Positions 19,319 through 30,515 of a DNA stretch of 64,000 nt are shown here, one piece after another (the stretch's first letter is position 1; every line of letters starts with the position of its first letter). The DNA is from a virus (lineage: Duplodnaviria > Caudoviricetes). Location: positions 715 to 64,714 of the IMG/VR virus record IMGVR_UViG_3300021791_000001, one strand, 5' to 3'. The translations under genes and the position numbers were made by a program. The notes below the pieces were generated by a model. It did no database searches and had not been told where the DNA came from. It saw nothing but the letters and a program-made list of their open reading frames with translations.

Positions 19319-20302
19319 TTGAAAGATTCGGCGGAACAAGTTATTAATCAGTTGTTAGGCAATAAAGATTTAGGATTGTATAGAGGAAGTAGTGAAGAGT
19401 TTGACTATGGAAGAATACCCTTTGGTATCCCTGCGTTAGATAGACTTACTGGAGGGGGAATCCCTAAAAAACGTATGACTATTCTATATGGACAGAACAA
19501 TGTGGGTAAGTCTTATCTGGCTTCCCAAATATGTAAGAATGTGCAGTTAGAGGGTGGGGTAGCTGGGTGGATTGATACAGAATTGTCGTGGGATTCGGAG
19601 TGGATGGCGAAGTGTGGGGTAGATGTGGAGAATATTCTAGTTGCCCAGCCTTCTACAGGGGAACAAGCTTTCGCCATAGCCAGAACTATGATGCAAGAAG
19701 GTGTAGGGGTAATTGTTTTAGATAGCATAGCTGGTTTAGTACCTACTGATGTGATGGAACCAGCCAAGACTAAAAAGCCAGAAGAAGACTTTGAGTACAA
19801 TCCTATGGCATGGCAAGCCAGATTTATTAATACTTCCTTACCTAGGTTATTGCCTAACTTACAATCAGGGTCGGCCTTTGTTGCTATAAACCAATTGAGG
19901 TCAGGGATAGGTAATGTGCATTTGGATACTATGCCGGGAGGCTTGGCTCAGACATTCTTTGCCCATTTCTTGTTACAAGTACGCCGTGACGGTTGGTTAG
20001 AGGATAAATCAGGGGGTAATAAAGTAGGGTTTGATATGGAGGTTAGATTAAGAAAGACTAAAGTTGGGGGAGAGAATTGGCGGTCAGCTATAGTGCCCTT
20101 TAGAGTAGATGGTGGTATTGACGTTATGGAAAGTTATATGAGAGATGCGTTAGCCAGTAGCTTGATTTCTAAAAACGGGGCGTGGTATACTTATAAAGAA
20201 CAGAGGGCACAAGGAATGAATGGTTTGAAAGCTCTCTTAAAAGAGCACCCATCCTTATATGATACATTAGTATCTGAATTGGAGCAGACTAATGCAACCT
20301 AA
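19319..20302 (+). CDS. recA: RecA/UvsX-like recombinase
   Basis: TTG start; GIPALDRLTGGGIP; YGQNNVGKS; IDTE; VLDSIAGL; INQLR; KNGAWY. Confidence 0.9.
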   Translation: MKDSAEQVINQLLGNKDLGLYRGSSEEFDYGRIPFGIPALDRLTGGGIPKKRMTILYGQNNVGKSYLASQICKNVQLEGGVAGWIDTELSWDSEWMAKCGVDVENILVAQPSTGEQAFAIARTMMQEGVGVIVLDSIAGLVPTDVMEPAKTKKPEEDFEYNPMAWQARFINTSLPRLLPNLQSGSAFVAINQLRSGIGNVHLDTMPGGLAQTFFAHFLLQVRRDGWLEDKSGGNKVGFDMEVRLRKTKVGGENWRSAIVPFRVDGGIDVMESYMRDALASSLISKNGAWYTYKEQRAQGMNGLKALLKEHPSLYDTLVSELEQTNAT

Positions 20303-20591
20303 AGATTTTACGGCACAAGAAAAAATTATTGCAGACTGTTTGTCTACATTGGGACTTAGGTATATGGAACAAGCCCCCTTTAATAATTATAGGGTAGATT
20401 TCTGGATACCTGAATTAGCTATGATAATTGAAGCAGACGGAAAATTTGGTCACTTGAGAAAAGCGGATGCTAAACGGGATTGGAATTTAATGAATTGGGA
20501 AAGCCCTAAAGTTGAGAATATTCTACATATTACAGCTAGGACTCCCCCAACTATTATGGAGGAATTATGTCGGGCGTTAGACAACTTATAA
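20292..20591 (+). CDS. DUF559/Vsr-like PD-(D/E)xK endonuclease
   Basis: YRVDFW..ELAMIIEADGKFGH...DAKRD. Confidence 0.75.
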   Translation: MQPKDFTAQEKIIADCLSTLGLRYMEQAPFNNYRVDFWIPELAMIIEADGKFGHLRKADAKRDWNLMNWESPKVENILHITARTPPTIMEELCRALDNL

Positions 20592-21247
20592 ACAAACCAC
20601 CGAAATCAACCGAAGCTATTAATCAAGATACATGGTTGATTGAGTTATTAGATACTACTCTAGGGCATTATAATGCTAAGAATAATAAGGGAAAGTTTTA
20701 TCCCTCTAGTTTGGGGAGTGTCTGTAATAGATTTCTTTACTTTTCCTATAATGGGTTAATGCCTAATCAGTATATAGAACCAACCTTACAGCGTATTTTT
20801 GATTGTGGAGATGCTTTAGGGACTAGATTTGAAAAATATTTTGAACGTATGGGAGTGTTATTAGGGGTAGAAGTTCCTGTAAAGTGTGAGAACCCAGTTA
20901 TTTCTGGTCGGATAGACTTTGTAATTAAACATACAGAATATCCCCAAGCCTTGGTTGAATTAAAATCTATTAATTCTAGGGGCTTTAAAGCCCTTTTAGA
21001 TAAACCTAAGCCTGACCATGTGGTTCAGATTCAAATTTATCTTAATTTATATAATGTGGATCATGGTATAGTCTTATATGAAAATAAGAACGACCAGCAA
21101 GTAAAAGCCTTTGTAGTTAAACGGGATGAAGAAGCATGGAAGAAAATTCAAGATAGATGTTTTACTATAATGAATATGTCAGAACCTCCTGATAAATGCA
21201 CTGGCCCCAAATATTGCCCATGCAGAGGAGTCGAATGTCCCAATTAA
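20567..21247 (+). CDS. Cas4-like PD-(D/E)xK exonuclease with putative Fe-S cysteines
   Basis: FYPSSLGSVC; SGRIDF; VELKS; QIQIY; C-terminal C..KYCPC...C. Confidence 0.75.
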   Translation: MSGVRQLINKPPKSTEAINQDTWLIELLDTTLGHYNAKNNKGKFYPSSLGSVCNRFLYFSYNGLMPNQYIEPTLQRIFDCGDALGTRFEKYFERMGVLLGVEVPVKCENPVISGRIDFVIKHTEYPQALVELKSINSRGFKALLDKPKPDHVVQIQIYLNLYNVDHGIVLYENKNDQQVKAFVVKRDEEAWKKIQDRCFTIMNMSEPPDKCTGPKYCPCRGVECPN

Positions 21248-21756
21248 AATTAGAACGAAGAGAAACTAGGTGGAGTCCTACTAAGGCTTTACATAATGCA
21301 GACCAGTTTATCAAAGATTTGATGGTGCCTTCTATAGGTAAAGAACTGGCGGAGGACCAAAACTTAGATTTTCCTAATTTGATGAATGCTGATAACAAGC
21401 AGTTAGAACAATTTCTTACTATGTATGGTGGCATTAAGATGTATTTAGAGACTCAATTAGCTGATATAGAAGCCACTAAGAATGCTTTAGAAGCAGCATT
21501 TAATGAAAGTTATTCTACTGCTATTTACCGATTAGCAGAAGAACGTGAAGAAGAAGGGAAAAAGAAGTTTACACAAAATGAAATACGGGGAGCCGTGTTG
21601 TCTAAGTACGAATCTTTAAAAGAGTTACGTAGAGATATTATAGAGCAAGAAGTAATTCATAGGAGGATATCTGGGTTAAGGGAAGCCTATGCCCAAGGAT
21701 TTTCTACCGTATCGAGAATAGTATCTCTACGTACATTTGGAGGGAGCAATGCATAG
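21235..21756 (+). CDS. UvsY-like helical recombination mediator (putative)
   Basis: All-helical; near RecA; start at 21235 has SD AGAGGAG. Confidence 0.4.
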   Translation: MSQLKLERRETRWSPTKALHNADQFIKDLMVPSIGKELAEDQNLDFPNLMNADNKQLEQFLTMYGGIKMYLETQLADIEATKNALEAAFNESYSTAIYRLAEEREEEGKKKFTQNEIRGAVLSKYESLKELRRDIIEQEVIHRRISGLREAYAQGFSTVSRIVSLRTFGGSNA

Positions 21757-22552
21757 AGTAGAACCAGCAGTTTTTTTAGTGGCAGAGCAGAAGGTTAACT
21801 ACATGGATTTAAATAATTATCTGTCATATATAGGAGCAGAAGGGTGGAAGTCAGATGCAGAATCGCCTTGTGAGGAACTTATAGAAGTTATGGGGCGTGG
21901 GTGTTATAAATCGTTTGGCACAGAACTCAATCCTAATATTACAAGGGTGAGAGAGTCTAATGAGAAGTATCTCCAAAATATTGTTAACATTGGTCATGGG
22001 TCAGTTCTAGAGCATGGTTGGGTATCCTTTATGATTTGTAATACCAGTAGGGTGGTTACGCATGAATTAGTACGTCATAGGGCTGGTACAGCCATCTCTC
22101 AAGAGAGTTTACGATTCCTTAGACTAGAAGATATGGGGTTGTGGATACCCGAAGCATATAAAAATGACCCCCATTCTCAAGATATATTTGAGGAAACATG
22201 GGAATATTTGGAATTACAGTATGCTAGATTAATTGAAAGAGCAGGTATTATTGAAGAGGAAGATTTCGATTCATTGCCTTTTAATAAGAAGAAGTACTAC
22301 ACTTCAGCAGCTAGACGAGTAGCACCTATTGGGGTAGCTACTAATATTGGTTGGTCTTGTAATATTAGGTCGGCGAGGCATATTATTGAAATGAGAACTG
22401 ACGAACATGCTGAAGAGGAAATTAGATTAGTGTTTAATAAAATTGGGGACATATTAAAGATAAAGTATCCAGCCCTCTTTGCGGATTATGAGGTGGAAGT
22501 AAAAGGGGCTGATAACAATCAAGAGTGGTCTACCACAAGGAGGAAAGTATAA
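21749..22552 (+). CDS. thyX: Flavin-dependent thymidylate synthase
   Basis: GHGSVLEH; RVVTHELVRHR...SQESLR; HAEEEIR. Confidence 0.92.
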   Translation: MHRVEPAVFLVAEQKVNYMDLNNYLSYIGAEGWKSDAESPCEELIEVMGRGCYKSFGTELNPNITRVRESNEKYLQNIVNIGHGSVLEHGWVSFMICNTSRVVTHELVRHRAGTAISQESLRFLRLEDMGLWIPEAYKNDPHSQDIFEETWEYLELQYARLIERAGIIEEEDFDSLPFNKKKYYTSAARRVAPIGVATNIGWSCNIRSARHIIEMRTDEHAEEEIRLVFNKIGDILKIKYPALFADYEVEVKGADNNQEWSTTRRKV

Positions 22553-22722
22553 TGGATGAGCATGATATATTAGATTTAGCAGCGAAGGCCCAGATTATTA
22601 CTAGGGGTATTGAATACGGGGTAATGGTTCAAGATATTGACACTTTAAGAAAGGCTGTGATAGATTTACAAGAATGTGCAGGTATTCTGGATGAGATTGT
22701 AGCAGATGATTTCGGGGAATAA
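22552..22722 (+). CDS. Hypothetical protein
   Basis: TAATG coupling to thyX. Confidence 0.45.
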   Translation: MDEHDILDLAAKAQIITRGIEYGVMVQDIDTLRKAVIDLQECAGILDEIVADDFGE

Positions 22723-23212
22723 AGAAGCATTTAAATTATTAAGCAAGCAAATGTCAAGTCTTTATGTGGGGCTGGACTGCTCTTCTAGGGCAATCCATGG
22801 GGTGTGGTTAAATAAGGAGGAAAAGATATTAGCTATGCTAAAATGGAGGAGTTCGGATTTAGATTTCGACTCCAGATTTATTGAAATTTGTTTACAATTT
22901 GCCAAAGATTTGAGTAAAATAAAAGTAATGACTAATGCTGCGGTGGAAGCAGCTATCTTTATCCAAAATCCTAAATCTACTATGGAGATTGCTTCAGTCG
23001 TAGGCGGTGTACGATTAGCTTGTGCTACCAATAAGATTAAGTGTTTATCGGTAGATAATAGGCATTGGAAGAAACATATTTTAGGGAAGGGTAATTCTAA
23101 TAAGAAGGACATTAAAGAATTTGCAGTAGATAAATGGGGTGATATATTTGTAGAACAGGATTGGGCTGATGCAGCGTGTATTGCCTTGTGGCTAAAAAGG
23201 AGGGAAGAATGA
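22706..23212 (+). CDS. ruvC: RuvC-like Holliday junction resolvase
   Basis: VGLD; VE; WKKHILGKGNSNK; DWADAACIA. Confidence 0.8.
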   Translation: MISGNKEAFKLLSKQMSSLYVGLDCSSRAIHGVWLNKEEKILAMLKWRSSDLDFDSRFIEICLQFAKDLSKIKVMTNAAVEAAIFIQNPKSTMEIASVVGGVRLACATNKIKCLSVDNRHWKKHILGKGNSNKKDIKEFAVDKWGDIFVEQDWADAACIALWLKRREE

Positions 23213-23691
23213 GTTTACAGAAGGTGAATAAGGACCCCAAATTTTATTTTAAGGAGAAGGTAGAGGAAGAAAAAATCGAAGGAGATACATTACCCGAAGG
23301 TGTTACTGAAGAAGAGCTAAAGGCAGAATATAGTAAATTAGTTTGGTGTGAATACTATGAGTGTAAGTGGAACAGACAAGTAGGAGCAAATCGTACTTTA
23401 GGAACCTTGTTAAAAAATAAAGCGTATAGTCCATTTAAAGATGATGAGGGCATGAAGGGATTGTGTGGTAGACCAGATGAGATAGGTATTAGGTTTAAAA
23501 CTATTGTATCTGGTAGCCAAAAATATAAAGTTCCTGCTTGCTTTACTTGTAATACAGGTGTTAGTGGGCATGTAGATTTTAGTAAATTCCTGCAACCTGA
23601 TGGTACTCCTTGGGGTGGGAATATTGATTCTCAGCACCCCTCTGATATTGGTTATGGTGGACTAGACTCTAATAGTATATACGGAGGATAG
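23209..23691 (+). CDS. Conserved Cys-containing hypothetical protein
   Basis: SD AGGAGGG; CEYYECKWN, CGRP, CFTC. Confidence 0.55.
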   Translation: MSLQKVNKDPKFYFKEKVEEEKIEGDTLPEGVTEEELKAEYSKLVWCEYYECKWNRQVGANRTLGTLLKNKAYSPFKDDEGMKGLCGRPDEIGIRFKTIVSGSQKYKVPACFTCNTGVSGHVDFSKFLQPDGTPWGGNIDSQHPSDIGYGGLDSNSIYGG

Positions 23692-23692
23692 T

Positions 23693-24196
23693 ATGCCAAA
23701 AGTTCTCCCAGACGAAATTAGATTTAAGGCTATGGAGTTGTTTATGGAGGGGAATTCTGCCCCCTCCATTTCTACTCAATTACAGGCTATTTTTAATTAT
23801 GAAGTAAAACCTACTACTATATATGCGTGGGCGAGGAAGTATCGGTGGAAAGAAGATAAGATAGAGGCTAGAACTGATGCTATTGACATTATTAAAGAAA
23901 CTGAAACTCAGCGATATGCCCGGATTCAAGAAGAACATCTAACTGATTATGGACGGTTAAGAAGGAAAGCCTCGTTAGAATTAGATGGTCATATGTTTGA
24001 CAAGCCCTTTGAGGCAGCTAGAGCATTAGACATAGGGATTAAGGGTGAACGTGTTGTTATGGAAGGTATGATTAATCTTCAGTTTGTACAGGACATTATG
24101 AGTGTATTGGTTGAAGAAGTAAATGACCCAGATGTTTTGCAGAGAATAGCTATTAAATTGAAAACTTTAATTCAGACACAGGAGACTGATGGTTAA
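23693..24196 (+). CDS. terS: Terminase small subunit
   Basis: N-terminal HTH (TTIYAWARKYRW); overlaps TerL start. Confidence 0.7.
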   Translation: MPKVLPDEIRFKAMELFMEGNSAPSISTQLQAIFNYEVKPTTIYAWARKYRWKEDKIEARTDAIDIIKETETQRYARIQEEHLTDYGRLRRKASLELDGHMFDKPFEAARALDIGIKGERVVMEGMINLQFVQDIMSVLVEEVNDPDVLQRIAIKLKTLIQTQETDG

Positions 24197-25904
24197 TAAT
24201 AATAATGAGATTACAACTTTTCAAGACGCTTTTTCCAGACTTGCAGAGGGTTTAGTTACCCATCAGTCAGTTCAGGTCGGTAGTTTTTGGGAATTTTTAC
24301 GGGACATTTGGAGTCAAAGTTATGATAACCCTGACTATTTTAAAGCATGGCATGTCGGTGTACTTGCAGAGGATATTGAGGAATGCTTGGAAAATGGACT
24401 TAATTACTGTGCCATCTTACCCCGATTCCATTTTAAATCAACTATACTTGGACATGCTTTCTCAGTATGGAGACTGTTAAAAGCTCCAAGGGATTGTTCT
24501 GTTTTATACCTTTCCTTTAGTGATTTAATGGCTAGGTATCATATTGCTGAAATTAACAAGACAGTCCAGAGAAATCCGATTCTAACCCAATGGATGACGA
24601 GTCGTTCCCCTAAAGCTGATTTTTCTTTTAGGTATTATATTAATAAGAAACCCATGGAAATTTCTCATGGGGGTCTTTTTTCATTTAAACGAGGTATGCA
24701 TGTCAACGGTGCTTTAATTGCAGATGACGTATTGCGTGACCCTGAAAATCCTTTGAACCTATCTCAGTTAACTAAGGTAGAAGACCATTTTTTGACAGAG
24801 ACTATGTTCATTCCATTAAGGGGAATTCCAGTAATTGTGTTAGGAACGCCTATGATGCCCGGGGATTTGTTAAGTACCCTACAGAAAGATGACCGTTTTA
24901 AGACTAGAGTACTCCCTGCCTTAGACCCAGTTCCCGGCAGAAGGGTGTTGATGCCTGAATTATATAATGAAGAGTGGCTATTACAGCAACAGAGAGCTAG
25001 GCCCAAGGCTTTTGCCTCTGAGTTTTTATTACAGCCTTATTTTGCAACTGAAGCTTATTTTGAAGATAAAGATATTATTGCTTGTGAAGACCCTAATTTA
25101 ATAAACCATCCTGTAAATAAAGCTTATATGCCTTTAGAGGATGGGGATTTGTTTGCAGGGTTCGATGTGGGTAAAAAACGGCATCCATCACACTTGGTAA
25201 TCTTTAAAAAGGTGGGGGATAGAATAGAACAGGTTCATCAGTCATGGTTAGATGGGTGGTCTTACTCTGACCAAATAGAATATTTAAATGATGTAACAGA
25301 AAAATTTAATCTTATGAGGGGGTATGTAGATAACACTAGGGGTGAATTAGAAGATAGAGGTTTAAATAATGTTTGGAATGCAATGCACTTTTCTACAAAG
25401 TCTAAAAATACTATGGCACAAGTATTTGAACAATATGTCCATTCGGGAAGTTTAAAGCTTCTTCAGGATGAAAGACAACGTGGGCAGATTTTATGTGTCA
25501 GTAATGAACTAAAGGCTCCTGAGACTCCTATGGGCCATGGAGATGCATTCTTTTCTATTGCGATGGCGTTGTATGCAGCATACGAATGTTCATTGTACAG
25601 TTTTCAAACTCTAGGTAATGTGGCGGATTGGATGAATGATATTTCCCCTGACAACCCTCAGTCAGGTGCAGGGGAAGCAAGCCCCGTTCAACAGGTTAAA
25701 AATAGTTGGATAAATACCTTGACAAATAGTGCTAAGCCCGAATATAATAGTCAACAAGGTATAGAGGGTGGACCAGCATTAGCACCAGTAAATCCAATGA
25801 TGACGCCACGCCAGCCTAATCCCGGTTGTGAAGACGCTTTGTGTACTCCTTCATTCTGGGTAACTGAAAGGAACTTATGCTTATTTTGTGGATATAGAGG
25901 ATAG
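24189..25904 (+). CDS. terL: Terminase large subunit
   Basis: PRFHFKST (Walker A-like); IADD (Walker B); VLGTP; nuclease GFDVG ... HGDAFFS. Confidence 0.9.
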   Translation: MVNNNNEITTFQDAFSRLAEGLVTHQSVQVGSFWEFLRDIWSQSYDNPDYFKAWHVGVLAEDIEECLENGLNYCAILPRFHFKSTILGHAFSVWRLLKAPRDCSVLYLSFSDLMARYHIAEINKTVQRNPILTQWMTSRSPKADFSFRYYINKKPMEISHGGLFSFKRGMHVNGALIADDVLRDPENPLNLSQLTKVEDHFLTETMFIPLRGIPVIVLGTPMMPGDLLSTLQKDDRFKTRVLPALDPVPGRRVLMPELYNEEWLLQQQRARPKAFASEFLLQPYFATEAYFEDKDIIACEDPNLINHPVNKAYMPLEDGDLFAGFDVGKKRHPSHLVIFKKVGDRIEQVHQSWLDGWSYSDQIEYLNDVTEKFNLMRGYVDNTRGELEDRGLNNVWNAMHFSTKSKNTMAQVFEQYVHSGSLKLLQDERQRGQILCVSNELKAPETPMGHGDAFFSIAMALYAAYECSLYSFQTLGNVADWMNDISPDNPQSGAGEASPVQQVKNSWINTLTNSAKPEYNSQQGIEGGPALAPVNPMMTPRQPNPGCEDALCTPSFWVTERNLCLFCGYRG

Positions 25905-25912
25905 GAGGATAT

Positions 25913-27766
25913 ATGGTAATAGTGTCTGATGTGCAACCCCAATTATTAGAACAATCCGAAGTAATTTTAGGTCATAGATATTATTTAAAAGATGAAAAGC
26001 ACACCCCAATTGAAGATGCCCAAGGATTATTTAATCGGGTGGCTACTGCAATCGCTGAAGTAGACCACGATTATTATGGACATTTACCTGTAGAGGTAGA
26101 ATTATTGGCTAAGGACTTTTATGATATCATGGCTCAGTTAGAGTTCTTACCTAATTCCCCTACTTTAATGAATGCTGGTACTGCTCAAGGTACTTTAAGT
26201 GCTTGCTTCGTCCTACCTCTAGAAGATAGTATGGAAGCTATTATGACCGCAGCTACTAATTCTGCATTGGTACAGAAATTCGGGGGTGGTACAGGTTTTT
26301 CGTTATCTAAAATTAGACCAAAGGGGGCTAGCATTGATACGACTCATGGCAAAGCATGTGGCCCTATCGAAGTGTTAAAGACCCTCTCTAGAGTATCTAG
26401 TATGATAACTCAGGGTGGTAAAAGGGATGGGGCAAATATGGCTGTTATGGCTGTTAATCATCCCGATATTGAAGAGTTTATTACATGTAAACGAACAGAA
26501 GGGGACATCCACAACTTTAATATTTCTGTGGCAGTAGATTCCACTTTTATGAAAGCAGTAGTAGCAGATGATTCATATCCTTTAGTGGACCCTTCTACAG
26601 AACAGATAGTATCCTTGATGTCTGCGAGGCGTATTTTTTCTTTGATCATAGAAGGAGCATGGCGTAATGGTGAGCCGGGTATGGTATTCTTAGATAGGAT
26701 TAATAATGATAATAAGGTGACAAAGCAATTTGGGGACATGATAGCTACTAATCCCTGTGGAGAACAACCTCTTCTAGGTAATGAAAGTTGTAATTTAGGG
26801 TCAATTAATCTAGCTAAGTTTTATGTAGCATGTATTAGCGATGATTGGATGGACCACCTTAATTGGGGAAGATTGGCAAAGGTAGTTCAATTGGCTACCC
26901 ATTTTCTAGATAATGTTATTGACGCAAATAAGTATGCTGTTTTAGATATTGAAGGAATGACTAAAGCTACTAGGAAAATTGGTCTTGGTGTAATGGGGTT
27001 TGCTGATTTACTAGTGCAGTTAAAAGTTCCTTATAATAGCGAACAGGCACAGGAGATTGGCAGGTTCCTAATGGAGTTTATTCGGACTCAAGCTGATGTA
27101 TGTTCCTTGAATTTAGGTGGTAAGCGTGGGCCATTTCCTGCTTGGGAGAAGAGTGCTTATAAAGCCCATGAGAATTACAGGAATGCATGTCGGGTCACTG
27201 TAGCTCCTACAGGAACTATATCTATGATTGCTGGATGTGCCTCAGGAATAGAACCTCTTTTTGCGTTGGCGTGGAAAAAACAGAATATATTAGAAGGGAA
27301 AACTCTTTATTATACTAATCCTTATTTTGAACAGGTGGCAAGAGAAGAGGGTTTTTATTCAGAGGAACTTATGGAAGCCCTTAGTGGGGGAAAATCTTTA
27401 CGGAGTTTTGAGGAAGTTCCTCAATGGGTTAAGGATGTATATATAACGGCCCCCGAAATTTCTGCGGAAGACCATGTAAATATGCAAGCTTCTTTCCAAG
27501 AACATGTGGATGCAGGTATTTCTAAGACTATTAATTTTGCTTATGAGGCTACCCCAGAAGATATAGAGGAGGCTTATATGAAGGCATGGGAAACTGGATG
27601 CAAGGGGATAACTGTTTATAGAAACGGGAGTAGGGAAAAAGAGGTATTGGTAGTTGGGCGTGATAAAGAAGAGATACGGTGTGGTTGTGAGAACCCGTTG
27701 ATTGTACAAGAGAGTGGGTGCATGACCTGTAAATCGTGTGGATGGAGTGCTTGTGAAGTCGCTTAA
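25913..27766 (+). CDS. nrdJ: Class II (adenosylcobalamin-dependent) ribonucleotide reductase
   Basis: [12 protein letters not shown]; LSACFV; GGGTG; TNPCGEQ; APTGTIS; ISKTIN; C-terminal Zn ribbon; no nrdB adjacent. Confidence 0.9.
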   Translation: MVIVSDVQPQLLEQSEVILGHRYYLKDEKHTPIEDAQGLFNRVATAIAEVDHDYYGHLPVEVELLAKDFYDIMAQLEFLPNSPTLMNAGTAQGTLSACFVLPLEDSMEAIMTAATNSALVQKFGGGTGFSLSKIRPKGASIDTTHGKACGPIEVLKTLSRVSSMITQGGKRDGANMAVMAVNHPDIEEFITCKRTEGDIHNFNISVAVDSTFMKAVVADDSYPLVDPSTEQIVSLMSARRIFSLIIEGAWRNGEPGMVFLDRINNDNKVTKQFGDMIATNPCGEQPLLGNESCNLGSINLAKFYVACISDDWMDHLNWGRLAKVVQLATHFLDNVIDANKYAVLDIEGMTKATRKIGLGVMGFADLLVQLKVPYNSEQAQEIGRFLMEFIRTQADVCSLNLGGKRGPFPAWEKSAYKAHENYRNACRVTVAPTGTISMIAGCASGIEPLFALAWKKQNILEGKTLYYTNPYFEQVAREEGFYSEELMEALSGGKSLRSFEEVPQWVKDVYITAPEISAEDHVNMQASFQEHVDAGISKTINFAYEATPEDIEEAYMKAWETGCKGITVYRNGSREKEVLVVGRDKEEIRCGCENPLIVQESGCMTCKSCGWSACEVA

Positions 27767-27773
27767 AGGTTAC

Positions 27774-27959
27774 ATGCATACTCTATTCTCTGGGGCTATG
27801 GTGGGGTTAATTTCGATACATACCTTAGAGGATATTTTATTAATGTCTATAGGAAGATTTGTAAATCTACCATTATTTATTATGTATGGCATAGGGTTGT
27901 TGGTATCGTGGATTCTGATGGGATGTTTGATTAATAGGTTTTTTAAGCATAAGCATTAA
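27774..27959 (+). CDS. Small two-TM membrane protein
   Basis: Two hydrophobic segments and a basic C-terminus. Confidence 0.45.
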   Translation: MHTLFSGAMVGLISIHTLEDILLMSIGRFVNLPLFIMYGIGLLVSWILMGCLINRFFKHKH

Positions 27960-27970
27960 GGAGGGTTTAG

Positions 27971-28432
27971 ATGTTAGGGAATATGTTAAGGGATAGAGAG
28001 TCTCAGTATATAGCAACTAAAGATGAAGGGACCCGGACATGGAGAATATTAGATACGTGGCATGATGTATTACGAACTATGGAACCAGATGATGATGTAC
28101 CTGATGACAGCCCTGCGGTAACTGTACTTACGGAAGGGGGTTTTATAGCATTAGTGAAAGAAGCTTCTAGACTTGGCGTATTACAGAATGCTACGTCTAA
28201 TTCAGTTCCTTTAACCGAAGAGTTATCAGAGGAACATGAAATTGAACTTCAAGAAAAAGCCCAAGAACTTGCGGAAATGAGGAAAAAAGTAGTAAAATAT
28301 GAAGAGGAGATCAGCAATCTCCGGGTAACTTCTAATAAGTCAGAAGGAACTTTATTAAAGGAGTTAGCTATGGAGACTCTGCTAAAGCTAACATTATCTT
28401 CGGATATTGAAAAATTAACTGGTAAGGATTAA
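27971..28432 (+). CDS. Hypothetical protein with C-terminal coiled coil
   Basis: SD GGAGG; directly before portal. Confidence 0.55.
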   Translation: MLGNMLRDRESQYIATKDEGTRTWRILDTWHDVLRTMEPDDDVPDDSPAVTVLTEGGFIALVKEASRLGVLQNATSNSVPLTEELSEEHEIELQEKAQELAEMRKKVVKYEEEISNLRVTSNKSEGTLLKELAMETLLKLTLSSDIEKLTGKD

Positions 28433-28434
28433 AT

Positions 28435-30021
28435 ATGAGACTATCAGAATATTTACCTGAAACTCCTGCATTAGCCCAGCAAATGACTGATTTGAATCAG
28501 CAACTGGGCTTATTTCAATTGATGAAAGCTGGGGGAGAAACAGGGACTGCCCCTACAATGGGGTTAGACCATGTAGTGAATACATGGGTACGTCATCAGA
28601 TGGCCTACAGGCAGCAGTTAGTTATGGACATTCAGACTATTGCTATGTCTGTTGAGGAGATTAGAAGCCCTATTAGTCATATTACGGGGGAAGTTTTTAG
28701 ACGAGGTATGGTTTGGAAGCCTGTCAAGGAAAACCCAGACCATGATGAACTGGACCGTATCACATCATTCTTTGAGGACTGTAATGTATTCGACCAAAGT
28801 TTAGAGGAAGTCTTAAAGCAGTTTCATTATGACATAAATACTGTAGACGATGGCTTTTTATATCTAGCCAAAGAGTATTATGGTGGGGAGGATGGTACTT
28901 TACGGTCTAAGATTATAGAAATTCGTAGATTAAACCCAGCATTGGTAGAATTTGACCTAGATGCTGCTGGATTACCTAAGAATGCCCACTTCTTATGTCC
29001 TATTCATCGAGATGAACTTCACGATGCTGCTGTTAAATGCGAACAAAAGGACTGTGAACAGCTAGCACAGCCTGTGATGTACAAATATTACCATAGAAAC
29101 CAGCATATTTACTTCTTTGATAGCGAAATTATCCATGTTTCTAAGTTTTCTCCTAGTGAAACCTATGGATGGAGTCCTATTCTTACAATCTTTGAAAAGG
29201 CTCTGACATTAATTGGAATGGATAAGAATTTGTACAGATATTTCTTTGAACGTAAAATGCCAGCCTCCATGATTATGGTATTCACGGATGACCCCGAATC
29301 ATTGAGGCGTGAACGGTCTAATCTGGCTGCACAAACTAGATTAGACCCCAACTTTGTCCCAATGGTAGCTGTATCTGCCCGAAATAACAGAGGTAGAGTA
29401 GATATGGTACGTATGTTCCACACATTGCAGGAAATGGACTATCTTCCTGTAAGACAAGAGGTAAGAGAACGTATTGCAGCTATGTGGGGCGTAACTCCTG
29501 CGTGGCAGGGGGCACCAGAGGCGTTTGGTGGCTTGTCTACACAGACTCAACAGCTTGTTGTGATGAGTAGGGTGGTTGAAGGTGACCAAAGAATGTTCCA
29601 TGATAAGGTTTTCCCAATTCTTTTGGATGCTTTCGGCGTTGAAGATTGGAGATTAGAGTTGCCTACTCCTGAAGAAAAGGCTGAAGCGACTAGAATCAAT
29701 TTTGCTCAACAAAGAATTGCTGCTGCTAATCAATTGAATCAGATGGGATTCACTGTTAAGCTTAAGGACCAAAATATAGACATGGAAGAGATTTCCTTTA
29801 TTATTGAGGGTACTTCAGTACCTATGTCTCAACTTCAAGGGGAATCACAAGCCTTAGCCATTGAACAAACTATGCAACAGATGAAGATGCAAGAGGAACA
29901 AATGCAAATGCAGGAGCAACAGCAGAATGCTGGTGAAGTGTTGGGAGGGGGCGAAGAAGGTGGGGAAGAACAAGGTGAGGAAGGTCAAGAGGAACCTCAA
30001 GAGGAGGGTCAGGAAGGTTAA
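28435..30021 (+). CDS. Portal protein
   Basis: 528 aa; EIRRLNP; YGWSPI; YFFERKMP; RERIAAMWGV; acidic tail. Confidence 0.8.
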   Translation: MRLSEYLPETPALAQQMTDLNQQLGLFQLMKAGGETGTAPTMGLDHVVNTWVRHQMAYRQQLVMDIQTIAMSVEEIRSPISHITGEVFRRGMVWKPVKENPDHDELDRITSFFEDCNVFDQSLEEVLKQFHYDINTVDDGFLYLAKEYYGGEDGTLRSKIIEIRRLNPALVEFDLDAAGLPKNAHFLCPIHRDELHDAAVKCEQKDCEQLAQPVMYKYYHRNQHIYFFDSEIIHVSKFSPSETYGWSPILTIFEKALTLIGMDKNLYRYFFERKMPASMIMVFTDDPESLRRERSNLAAQTRLDPNFVPMVAVSARNNRGRVDMVRMFHTLQEMDYLPVRQEVRERIAAMWGVTPAWQGAPEAFGGLSTQTQQLVVMSRVVEGDQRMFHDKVFPILLDAFGVEDWRLELPTPEEKAEATRINFAQQRIAAANQLNQMGFTVKLKDQNIDMEEISFIIEGTSVPMSQLQGESQALAIEQTMQQMKMQEEQMQMQEQQQNAGEVLGGGEEGGEEQGEEGQEEPQEEGQEG

Positions 30022-30023
30022 TT

Positions 30024-30515
30024 ATGGATGATACTTTACAAATACTTCTTAAACGTGTAGAAGCTTTAGAAGAGATGGTGCATAAGCAAGCTTTGCAACT
30101 TGCTCATACACCTGATTGGCATGAGAAGACTCCCTTAGAAGAACGGGATGTTGATGAATTTGCTGAAGCTAGAAGACGTAAAGGGGAAAATCGTCAGTGG
30201 GGGATTAAAGAATTCGGGGGTCAACGTAAACCCTTAGTTAAAACATGGACTCAATCTTTGGCAGACCAAGGATTTGTAGCCCCCCTTATCAAACAGACTA
30301 GTAGTAGTCAGATGTGGTTTATTAATAATGGGGTAGATTATGTTGGTACCTTTGGGGTTAACGGGGAAGTATTTGTAGAAAAAGCTTACTTTAAACCAAC
30401 CTTTAATGCTCCGGGTATTTCGTATAATCCTGCTGGTAAGAACAAAGATGTAAAAACGAGGGGACCGAACAGGGATGTCCAAACTTTGGACTCCGATGAG
30501 TTAGATGATTTATAG
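30024..30515 (+). CDS. Hypothetical protein
   Basis: Follows portal. Confidence 0.5.
   Translation: MDDTLQILLKRVEALEEMVHKQALQLAHTPDWHEKTPLEERDVDEFAEARRRKGENRQWGIKEFGGQRKPLVKTWTQSLADQGFVAPLIKQTSSSQMWFINNGVDYVGTFGVNGEVFVEKAYFKPTFNAPGISYNPAGKNKDVKTRGPNRDVQTLDSDELDDL

Noticed and set aside
20567-21247. Cas4-like gene as part of a CRISPR-Cas system
   Set aside because: No cas1/cas2 and no repeat-spacer array; solo Cas4-like nucleases are common in phage recombination modules.
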